Assembly: GCA_013239625.1 (NCBI GenBank)
Contig: MU054338.1
Coordinates: 2,156,968-2,220,967, forward strand
DNA length: 64,000 bases
Source: Lama guanicoe
Lineage: Eukaryota
Direction: 5' to 3'
A program made the position numbers and the translations under genes. Shown one piece after another: positions 38,931 through 49,379 of the stretch. Below the pieces are notes generated by a model, which was not told where the DNA came from, made no database searches, and saw nothing but the letters and a program-made list of their open reading frames with translations. Position 1 is the stretch's first letter; every line of letters begins with the position of its first letter.

Positions 38931-40414
38931 ACCCTCTGCCTGTTAAGGGCCTATCTCGGTGGGGTTCCTGATCCACGGAATTGACTTAGTAGCGATTCTG
39001 ATCAACAGGGTGCTTCTTCCTGGGGCCTGCCATAGATAGAGCCTCAACTCACATAGGGTGCCAGCTAGAGGGCCCTGAGACGTAGGATTCCTTCTCGCTG
39101 GGGTCCACCCTCGGCTTCCTTTTTAAATAGGATTCCTATCTTGCTTGCTTCGTGTGATTCCAGTTCCATGGGAGCCCCGCCTCTTTTCTCATAGCGCCTT
39201 TCCCCGGTGGATTTTACTGTTGCTCCCTGTCTCCGTAGGATCCTGTCCAGAGTGTCTCTCTCCTGTTCTATAGGGTCTGCAGTTCTGTAGGGTTTCTTTT
39301 CTGTTGAACGCTGTCTTCTCGAAATTCTTTGGTTACTTACCGTCATCCCGGGGGCTTTCTTCAAAAATTTCCCTTCTTTGGGGTCCCGGTCTCCTCAGTG
39401 GTTCTTATCTAAAGAATCCCTTTCACTTTAAGATTCTGCTCTCTAGAGGACCAGCGTCTGTGACTTGGGAAATGACATGAACAGTGGCCTACGGTTAGAC
39501 TGGGAAGGGCGTCCTTGGCATTCCTTAGATTCTCAGCTGGGTCTGTGCCCCCAAATTGTAGAAGCATGACTCTACCCAGTTCTTTATCCGTTATTAAGGG
39601 TTCACCCTGACGGTATAGCCTAGTGGTTATGAACGTAAACACTCGAGTCCTCCAGCCCTTACAGCTTCCTGGTGGCCCCACCTCTTGGGCCTGTTTCTTC
39701 ATCTGTAAAATGGAGTTGTTAATACCTGCAGTACCCACCTCATAAGCTTATTATGGGAATTAAGTGAGTTAAAATACATTTGATGTCCCTGAAACAGGTC
39801 TGGCACAGAAGTACCCAGTATTCGTTGGAATTTGTTTTCTTCTCCCCTTCTCCTTTCTCCCTCCTCCCTATCCCTATAGAGCACGGTTTCTCATAAAGAT
39901 CTGTCTATACAAAGTGCCATGCCTACAAGATTCTTGAAAAGCAATTTAACATTATAATTAAGAGAGCAGGTTCAGGCATCAGAGAGATCAGGGTTGAAAT
40001 CCCAGCTCTGCCCTTGACTCACTGTGTAGGCTGTGTAACCTTGGGCAGGTGAATTCACTTCTCTGAGCATTAGTTGCCTCATCTCCAAAGTGAGAGTGAT
40101 AAGAATGATCATTCTTTTGGAGACTTGGAAGGAGGACCTGGAAGAATGTGCGTAAAGCAGCCATCTGGCCAGGGAAATGGGAGAGTTTCTTGGTGCTCAT
40201 GTCTTTATAAAATTCCCATGCCTTTGAGTCAGTCTTTGACACATCTTGTTGTGACATTTGAGGTCCCAAGGGTCCTCCCTCTTCCTCAGTGTGGGCTCCC
40301 AGGGTAGGTACCTAATGCTAGGACAACCTGTCTCTCTATTTATTAGGCTCTAATTTATGGATCAAAATGTCTCTCTCAGGTTTGTCTTTATAAAGACCCT
40401 GTATTTAATATGCT

Positions 40415-40850
40415 TAAGGCTTAATTGTGTATAACAGAAAACCCAAAAGGACAGTGCATTTCTCCTGCAAGTATATGTCCAGCCATCAACAGCCCCAGGC
40501 AAGTGTGATGTAAGGCACTTAGACTCCTGCCTGTGCTCCACTGAATGTGGTTGTCCTGTCTCATGGTCCAAGATACCTGCTGGGGTTCCAGGCATCATGT
40601 CTGCTTTCCAGCCAGCAGGAAAGAAGAAGGATCAAATGTGGGTGTGTCCTCTCCTTTTAAAAATAATTCTCAGAAGATACACTTACCTTTTTGCTTATCT
40701 CTAAGCCCCTGAGTTAGTTGTAGGGCCATGCTCTGCTGCAAGAGCTGCTGGGAAATGTATTTTCACTTGGAGCAATTATGTGCCCATCTCAAATTCAAGG
40801 GTTCTGTTACTAAGGAAGAAGGATAGAGCAGGTATTAGGAGACAGTTAAG
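40415..40850. mobile_element. MLT1-type (ERVL-MaLR) LTR relic
   Basis: taacagaaaaccc...ttccaggcatcatgtctg...gctgcaaga...gctgggaaatgta...gggttctgttactaaggaagaagg. Confidence 0.6.
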
Positions 40851-42054
40851 TTCTGCCCTGCCATTTACTGATTGGGAACTCAGAAGCACTTCTTGTTAAT
40901 TCTGTGATTTTAGAGGTTGTCCACATATAAAGTGTATACTATTTAGAGCTGAAAGACAGCCTCTGTGATGTAGCCACAGCAGCCCTGAGAGGAAAAATTA
41001 TAGCCTGGAGTCTACTGATTCGAAAAAGAGAGAGGCTGGAAATAAAGAGCCCAACTTTCAATTCAGGATGCTCAAAAAGGAAGAACAAAATTTTAAAAGG
41101 AAGGAAATGTTAGAGTCACTGGGGCTTGGTCTGACCTTCCTGCCCTGACAAAGAAGTGTCCTGGACGGGGGAGGACACAGAGGAAGCCTGTACCAGCTTC
41201 TGATGTGTGATGGAGAATCATAGAGCTGGAAGGGAATGCCAGAAGGGGTTGGACCCCTGTAGCTGCCATTGATCGCCTCAGGTGATGGCTGATTCACTCC
41301 CTCCTGTGGGAGCCTCAGTATGAACCTCTGCTATGTCCCTGCCCCGCCTCCCCACTGACAGCCTAGGAGGGAGACGGATTCTGTGTCCTCCACGCTCCTC
41401 CTCCCCTCCCTCTCCTTCCCCTCCTCCCCTCCCGGCTTCCTCCAACTTCCTGTCTAGACGGCCTCCAATTAGCTGTTCATTAAGGAGGTTAAGCTGATTA
41501 GAGCGCTCTCTGCCTTCCTCTGCCGAGGCCACCACGGGCAGCGCTCAGCTAACCTACCCCAGCTCTAGCATCCACTGTCTGGTGCCTGGGAGGGGCAGAG
41601 GCCTGGGGAGATCATGCCACCCCTACCCAGGCGAGGCCCCTCCACCCCCATCCAGGCAAGACCCCTGCAGCCACATCTCTTAAGCCCCATGCACCAGCCT
41701 CCAGGCGTTTGCCCACTCCATGCCCAGGCCAGGAGGGCCAGGAGTACCCTTTCTCCTCCGGCCACCTCCCGAGGCCTTCCCTGATTTCCCACCCATGCGG
41801 GGCAGAAAGGGGGCCCCAGGGTCTTCTCTGTTGCTGCTTCTGCGGTCCTCCCACAGGGGTCCTCCCATCAGGCCCCCCACCCCTCCCCGCCACAGGTAGT
41901 TGTTCTGTGGAGTAAAGCAGGTAACTTATCTCTCTCCTCTGTTACCTGGAGAGAGGGGCTTCCCCCATCTCTTTTGGGGGGCAGGAGGGGGTGACAGAGC
42001 ATGGCCTGTGGAGCTTGAATCCCAGCTCAAGCACTTCTTGGCTCCCAGGGACCT

Positions 42055-42255
42055 CACGGAGGGTCCTCACCCAGGTCAGCTCTGCCCTCAGGGGGCACTG
42101 AGTGATGTCTGGGACATCTGTGGTTGTCATGACGGCGGGGGGCTCCTGGCATCCAGTGGGCGGGGCCCAGGGAAGCTGCTCCGCACCCCACAGTGCCCAG
42201 GACAGCCCCACAGAAGATGACCCAGCCCCCTGCTGTCAGCAGTGCTGGCAGGGTG
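42055..42255 (+). mobile_element. MER20-like element
   Basis: atgtctgggacatctgtggttgtcatgac...ctggcatccagtggg...cagtgcccaggacagcccc. Confidence 0.75.
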
Positions 42256-43479
42256 GGAGGCTGGCCCGCATAGTAAGTGCTCACTGAGTGACGGCCATTC
42301 CCAGCAGAACTGCGCTCCATCCACCCATCCACTCCACACTCTCTCTGCCCACCCTGTGTCCTGGGCCCTAGAGACCCAGCGGGCGGCTGCAGTCGGCACC
42401 CCCAGTGGCGCTGGCATTGCAGGGAGACGGGCCAGTTTGTCTAGCAGATGGGCAGGTGCTCAGACACGGGATGGACAGGCGTTTGTGACAAGCGAGTGCA
42501 GGGACACTCAGATGGGGGCATCTACAGGCATGTGTGTCGTTAAGGTTTACGTTTTTGATGGGGAACATGCGCGATCTCGGATGGGGGTGTAGAGATGTGT
42601 ATGTTGAGCAAAAAGCTGGCCAGTCAGATCCAGGGGATGTTACGGGCACGCTTGTTAAATGGGGAGACGTCTGCTTCGATGAGGGACACAGGGCACTGTG
42701 TTAACCGGACAGCGTTGCTCACGTGGGGCCGTGACAACAAACAGGATGGGGGGTATTCAGATGTGGAGACGCGCACGTGTGCAGGACCCCCTCAGAGCCG
42801 CCCAGGAGCACAAGGGTTACTCTTCCTTGCAGCCCCCTGGCCGGCTCGCTCTCCCCTCCTTCCTTCCCTGGCTTCTGCAGGCCCCGGCTCAGGAAGGGCC
42901 TGTGGAGATGCGGCTGGGGGCTGGGGCCGCACCACACTATTTCCATCCAGGACAGGCTGTTCTAGGAAATCCTCCTAAGTGAGCGTCTGACAGCCCTAAC
43001 CTCATTCCCGCTACAGCCAGCCCCGCGCCAGCAGGGAGCCCGCCCCGCTCCTGTGCCAGCGCGCGCACACACAAAGTACACAGCACCCACGGGGCCAGCC
43101 TCCTCCCTGCCGGCCGCCCTAGGTCCCACCAGCTCCTCCTGTCCCTGGGGAGGCCCGGGCCTGCTCTGACGGCCGGCTTGGCCATGGGGCCTCTGGGCTG
43201 CCAACCACACGCCGAGACTTGCTCCCCACTCTCAACAGTGTGATGTGCGCTCTGAGCCATCAGGGGCAGTGACCTTTGTAACAGCAAAAGCAGTTGGTGG
43301 CCTGTCCAGGGGCTGGTTCCCAGACCGTGCAGCTGCAGAGGACAGGAAGCCCCCACGGGGAAGTGCCAGAGGGGAGCTGCAGCAGCATCCCAGGTGGCCC
43401 AGCGCTGGGGATGCCACAGATGCCCCAGGGACCATCGGCAGGAGACCCACAGACAGTGGCAGTGGGCCTGAGAGTAAGG

Positions 43480-43655
43480 CGGGGGTTCTGACCGGTTGGT
43501 TCTGCCACCCAGGGAATACTGGTCGCTGTCTGTCTTGTCATGACTCGGGGTTCCTGGCATCAAGTGGGTGGGGCCCGGCATACTGCTCCCCACCCTGCAG
43601 TGCCCAGGACACTCATGGAGGGTGATCCAGCCCCGATGTCTGTCACCAGAGAGGC
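43480..43655 (+). mobile_element. MER20-like element
   Basis: ttgtcatgactcggggttcctggcatcaagtggg...cagtgcccaggaca. Confidence 0.6.
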
Positions 43656-44614
43656 CACCTTGTGCTGGGTGGGAGATGTCTCCCCCCTCACCACGTGTGA
43701 ATCCACTGTGGTCTCAGTGGGTATGTTTCACCCTAAAATGAATTTTTAAATAATTTCTAAACATGTCGGCCTCCGGGCCCCACTTCACTGAGAGTCCAGT
43801 TCCAGGGATGAGGCCAGGCAGGGGACTCTGCCGTTTTCCAGGCACGTCACCATCCCTAACTCTCAATAGAAAAAGCCTCTGCAGAGGATGGCGTAGAGGG
43901 GGCGCAGGGAGGCAGGGGAGGCAGTCACACGTCTTCAAGGGAACATGTGCCCTGGCAGACCATCCCCCCTATCATGACAAGGCTTCTGAGCCAGTGTTCG
44001 TTCTGTGCCACGGCCTCCATGGAGTCTGTACCTGCCCATTTTACACCATTCATTCCTTGAGGCTGAGCTGGAGACCATCCGAGTTCCGAAGGGCAGCCAT
44101 GGGAGGTAGTGAGGCCTCCGTCTGCAGAGGAATGACAGCAAGTAATTCCAGCACGTGGGTGTGTGGCAGGCCCTGGTCTAATGGCTTTACATATTGTATG
44201 TCACTTAATGCAATGACTCCACAGGGATAGTTCTGTCACCCCAGTAAGGATGGGGGAACACAAGCACAGAGCGACTCGGGCTTTGGACCAGACCACCCTC
44301 CCCCTGCCCACCATGCCACCTTCTCCAGGGCTCTGGTGTCCCCAGGGCAGAGGGTCAGCCCTGAGCTCATCCATCTCTGGAAAGAGAGAAGCTGGGGACC
44401 AGGCTGTGACGTCCCAGGGCCTGTGTGGCATCAGGCTCCACATCCCATGGGTCGTGTGACCCTGGGTGGCCCCCTTCTCTGAGCCTTAGTTTGCCCCTCT
44501 ATTCATTGGGCTCCCAGCCCCTTGCCCACAGGTTGCTGGGAGAAGGAGGTCCAGGGGTCCTGGGAGTGGGGCGGCCCTGCCTGCAGGCCCCTGACCCTCT
44601 TGCCCTCCCCACAG

Positions 44615-44740
44615 GCATCTCATCCCCAGTGAAGAAGACAGAGATGGACAAGTCACCTTTCAACAGCCCATCTCCCCAGGACTCGCCTCGTCTCTCCAGC
44701 TTCACCCAGCACCACCGGCCCGTCATCGCCGTGCACAGTG
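44615..44740 (+). CDS. NFIC: NFIC exon 7 (126 bp)
   Basis: ccacag|GC ATC TCA; (G)[41 protein letters not shown]; donor G|gtgagc. Confidence 0.98.
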
Positions 44741-45339
44741 GTGAGCACTGCACACCCCAGGCGGGGAGGGGCGGCTGGGCCCTCTGACCAGGCCCCTCGT
44801 GGCCAGGGAAGTCCCACTGGCCATCTGACCACAAGTTCTATTGCTGTAGCCTCCCAACCAGGCAAGAAAGCCTGAAGGTGCTGTGGCAGAGAGCACTTGG
44901 GGCTGATTCAGTCCTTTTGGGCCTCAGTTTCCCCTTCTGTACAAGGAGGTGCAGCCCAGGGCTCACCCCTCAACCTGCTCCCCATGTGAGTGACCCACGG
45001 ACAGACCACCGGGTCAGGCGGCCACAGAAGGAGGCAGACACACACAAAGACACACGCAGGCCACACAGAGATCCGGGTGCTCCTGGCCACACAGATGGGA
45101 AGCATCACTCTCGAAGCAGAGGAGAGACTCCAGCAGACTCAGGGTGTGAGCTGAGCCAGTCATCTGTCAATTGGGGCTCATAAACATCGCCCTCCCAGGG
45201 CTGTCCGTGGGATAGAATAAGTTAAATAAGAGTTTGAATATCACCTGTTGCCCCTTGGTTGTGATAATAATGATTTAGTTCCATACAAGGGCAGACACAC
45301 ATACAGCGGAAGGGCAGAAATCCCCAAAATAGCACAGTG

Positions 45340-45535
45340 GTTTAGAACAGGAGCCAGCAGAGCAGCACCCCCACCCCAGCCACTTCCTCTTCTTGTAAAT
45401 AAAGTTTTATTAGTGCAGGGCCACACACATCTGTTACCATGTTGTCTGCAGCGCCTTGCAGGCTGCAGGGCAGAGTTGACCGGCTACAACAGAGACCCTA
45501 TGGCCTGAAAAGCCAAAAATATTTACTGTCTGGCC
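45340..45535. mobile_element. MER58-like element abutting an L1 fragment
   Basis: ttgtaaataaagttttatt...aacagagaccctatggcc...aaaatatttactgtctggcc. Confidence 0.7.
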
Positions 45536-46050
45536 AGGGGCTGGACAGAGAGGAAGGGGGAAGTGACTGCTCATGGTCACAGAGCTTCTTTTCAGAGAAA
45601 TGAAAATGTTCTGGAATTACAAACTGAATATACTGAAAGTCACTGAATTGTGTAGAAAAAGGAAAAAAAGCAAATACCAGAATGGAATATTACTCAGCCA
45701 TGAAAAGGAGCGAGGCCCTGACACTCGCTACAATGTGGATGGACCTTGAGACACGGTGCTCAGTGAGAGAGCCAGACACAGGAGGCCACATAGTGTGTGA
45801 TAACATTTATATGAAACGTCCAGAACAGGCCAATCCACAGAGGTAGAGAGTGGGTCAGTGATTGTCAAGGGCTAGGGAGGAGATGGGGGTGATGCTAGTG
45901 GGGATGGGGTTTCCTTGGGGGTGATGAGAATGTTCTAAAAGAGACTAGTAATGGTTCCATGGCTCCATCAGTGTGTTAAAAAAAACTGAATTGTATACTT
46001 CAAAAGGGTGAATTTTAATGTGCAAATTATATCTCAATATTTTTTAAAAG
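45536..46050 (+). mobile_element. L1M 3' fragments (two adjacent pieces)
   Basis: tgaaaatgttctggaatta; aatggaatattactcagccatgaaaagga...aaaagggtgaatttt...aattatatctcaata. Confidence 0.8.
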
Positions 46051-46382
46051 CCTGACCTGCCAGCCATTTATGGAATGAGTTAGCTGTGAGGCCAGTGAGC
46101 CTGGGCTGGAACTACCTGCTCGCATGGCCTGGGGCAGGGAGCATTCCCTCCCAGAGCGCCCGGTCATCCTCTGTTTAAAAAAGAAGTAAAAACAGAAGTG
46201 ATACCAGAACCCTGTGGGGTCCCGGTGGAGTCAGCGAATTTGGGCGTGTGAATGACAGCAGGGCCTGATGCAGGCATGATCCACGCCCACAAACAGTCAG
46301 AGGGAGACAGAGGGGGCTGGCCAGAGCCCCCGGTGACCGCCCCCCACCCCGCCCCCTCCCCAGGCAACTACCCCCTCCGCAG

Positions 46383-46567
46383 GAATCGCCCGGAGCCCAC
46401 ACCCATCCTCGGCCCTGCACTTCCCCACGACCTCAATCCTGCCGCAGACGGCCTCCACCTACTTCCCGCACACGGCCATCCGCTACCCGCCTCACCTCAA
46501 CCCCCAGGACCCGCTCAAAGATCTCGTCTCGCTGGCCTGCGACCCAGCCAGTCAGCAGCCTGGACCG
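46383..46567 (+). CDS. NFIC: NFIC exon 8 (185 bp)
   Basis: ccgcag|GA ATC GCC; (G)[61 protein letters not shown]; donor |gtgagt, phase 0. Confidence 0.98.
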
Positions 46568-47184
46568 GTGAGTTTGGAGGGCGCGACCTCCCTGGGGCCC
46601 TGGCGCGTCACTGCGAGTGTCAGGCGGCCGTCCCCACGTTCTCCGTCGTGCAGCAGCGAGTCCGCAGCCCCTCTCATCTGAAGCACCCGGAGCCAGGCCG
46701 GGTCAGAACTGAGGCTTGTTCGGATGTCAAAATTGACAGCACATGCTTTAGGACGCCTCGAAACCAAACACGGTTACGGCGGAGCTCAGGCTGGCTCTGG
46801 CCAAACTTCCACCAAAACATTGGGTGTTCTGAGCCTTTTGGAGCTGGGAACTGCGGGCAAGGTGGTGGAAGGATGTGTCCCCGCAGCGAACGCCGGGGGG
46901 CCGCCCCGGAGGTGGGACAAGGCTGTTTAGGAGGCGTGGAAGGGAAGCAGGTGGGTGCAGAGTGGCTCGAGGAGGCGGCGGAGGGAGCGCGATCCCAGGA
47001 GGCTGGATCCCGGGACGGGACGCTGGAGGCCGCCGTCCTGGTCATCCGGGCACCCACCAAACTCGCCCTGGCCACGCCCATCAGCCCCTCCCCGGCCCTG
47101 CAGGGCTGCGGGCGCGCGGGCAGATGGCAGCCCGAGGCGGAGGGGGCGCCGCCGCCTTAACCACCTGTCTCTCTGTCCCCCCAG

Positions 47185-47332
47185 TTAAATGGAAGTGGCC
47201 AGCTCAAAATGTCCAGTCACTGCCTTTCCGCTCAGATGCTGGCACCCCCGCCCCCCGGGCTGCCGCGGCTGGCGCTCCCCCCTGCCACCAAACCCACCTC
47301 CGAGGGAGGAAGCTCGTCGCCGACCTCGCCCT
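47185..47332 (+). CDS. NFIC: NFIC exon 9 (148 bp, alternative), proline-rich activation domain
   Basis: ccccag|[58 protein letters not shown]; donor T|gtaagc. Confidence 0.96.
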
Positions 47333-49293
47333 GTAAGCACTCGGGAAGCGGTGCCCGTGGCAGGGCGGGCGTCCCCGAGGGGCCCCTCCCCTCCCCGGCC
47401 CCCGCTGCTGGGGTCGGGGGCTCAGGCACGGCCCGGTGGGTACCGGCGAGTTTGGTGGGTCCCCAGATAGAGGCCTGGGGCCACCTGGTCAGGTCCACGC
47501 AGAGCCAAGGCAGCCTTAGAGGGTGGCCAGGGGCAAGTCTGGAGTCTGCCCCCATTGGCTGAGTGGCCTGGGGCCCCTGTGTTCCCTTTCTGGGCCTCTG
47601 AATCCTCCTCCGTGCAAGAGGCAGCTGGCAGAGGGACAAGCAGAGATCTCAAAGGAGAAAGGCCGGAGGGCCAGACTCGGCCCCTAGATGCCTCTTGTTT
47701 GTGGAAAATGAAAATCTGTTGTTGTTTTAAAATCTGGACATCTCACATAAAAATTCCAGCGTTCTGGATTCTTGGGGGGAAATGGGGCCCCGTTCAGCTA
47801 CTGGTAACCCAGCTGGGCCACACCTGTAGACAGGACAGTCCCCACCTGCCCTCCTGACCCAAGGAGGCCATGGGTCAGCTGCCTCACTTCCTAGAACTTT
47901 TTGCTGTGTCTATGTGGTTCCAGGTGATAGCCTGATGGAAGGTCCTGGGTTGGTCTCCTTACATTCTAGAACTTTCTACCTTCTGGACGTGGTTCCAGAT
48001 TACAGCTTGCTTGCTTCTAATGCACCCCCCACTCCAAGGCTGCTACAGACTGGGAAGAGGTCTCAGATTCCCCCTCCTGGGGTCTGTCCCATCAGCAGTG
48101 GCTCCACCTCAAGCCTCTCCCTGAACCCCTTCCCTTTTTGAGTGTCTCTCTCTCCCTCGCTCCCCAAGTGAGATTCCTCACCCGACCCGAGCAGGAGGGG
48201 CCGACCATTGCATCTGGGCCCCATCCGCCCCCCTCCCCACATGCAGCACCCCAGCCCCCAACATTTCTTCCCACTACCTGCCTAGAGCCAGGGTAGCCTT
48301 ACATGCAGATAGGCTTTCTCTAAACACCAGATGCAGCGTGGGGCACTGGATTCAAATCCTGCCTCTGCATCATGCTCCCTGTGTGACTTTGGGCAAATGT
48401 CCTCTCCTCTCTGAGCCTCAGATTTCTCAATGGCAATATGAAATAGTCACCAGAGGGTGGTGGGTAGCGAGTTGATGAAATAGGTCAGGGAGAACATTTA
48501 GCAGCAGACCAGGTGCAAAGTGGAGAGTTGGCCTGTGCTGCTGGTTGTCACCTCCTCTGCCTACTTTCTCATCTGTGAAATGGGCATAATTATCATGTCT
48601 GCTGCATTGAGGCCACTGAGGATTAAAATGGGATAGTGCCCAGTGCCTGGCATACAGTAGACACTTAATAGACAAGGAATAAATGTGGGTTCATTTTCCT
48701 TCCCTCCGTACCAGCTTCTTAACTGCAGGTCCAGCCTGCTTCCTACACCCCAAACCCCCCAGGCCTCACTGCCTCCCACTCACCACGTGGGGACCCTCCC
48801 ACCACCCCTGTCCCCCCACCAGCCCGGGTCGTGAATCATTCACTCGCTGACAAAACGTAATCAGTGAGATTAAAATAGAAAAACGTGTGTGTGTGTGCGC
48901 GCGCACACCCGGCCTTCCCTGCGCCCTCTCCAGGAGGAAAATTAATAAATAAAACGCCCTCAATAATTCATGGCGCCCCGTGCGGGGTGTAGGCCGCGGG
49001 CACAGGATGGGCCAGGCAGTGGAGCACCTGAATAATTCACAGGCGGTTTCTGGATTATGAATCTTTCATCCCGTGCCTTCCCTCCCAGCAGACACCGGCC
49101 CGCGTGACCCTGGGGGCCCGAGACTGTGGGCTTTTCCGGGTGCCTGGACCATCCAGGGGGAGGGCGGCGAGCTCTGAGGACCGGGTGCTGGGTGCGAAGG
49201 CCCAGCTGTGTGACCCTGGGCAGCGGCCACCCTCTCTGGTGCTCCCGTGCCGCCTCTGCACTAACGGGCTCTCGGTCTCTCTCCTCCCCGCAG

Positions 49294-49379
49294 CCTACTC
49301 TACGCCCGGCACGTCCCCTGCAAACCGTTCCTTTGTGGGATTAGGACCAAGGGATCCAACGGGCATTTATCAGGCACAG
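49294..49379 (+). CDS. NFIC: NFIC exon 10 (86 bp, alternative, read in two frames)
   Basis: Branch-point-like CACTAAC at 49259-49265; ccgcag|CC TAC TCT; after exon 9 reads (S)YSTPGTSPANRSFVGLGPRDPTGIYQAQ; after exon 8 reads PTLRPARPLQTVPLWD* (stop ends 49344); donor |gtaggg. Confidence 0.96.

Larger units (their letters stand above)
46320..47460. other. CpG-rich region spanning exon 8, the 617-nt intron 8 and exon 9
   Basis: High GC and CpG across the short intron. Confidence 0.6.

Noticed and set aside
46361..46382. Alternative upstream acceptor for exon 8 (ccccag| ending 46363)
   Set aside because: Would add 19 nt and frameshift; no supporting evidence
46252..47160. 302-aa ORF across exon 8 and intron 8
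   Set aside because: Out of frame with NFIC, GC-rich, and no recognisable domain
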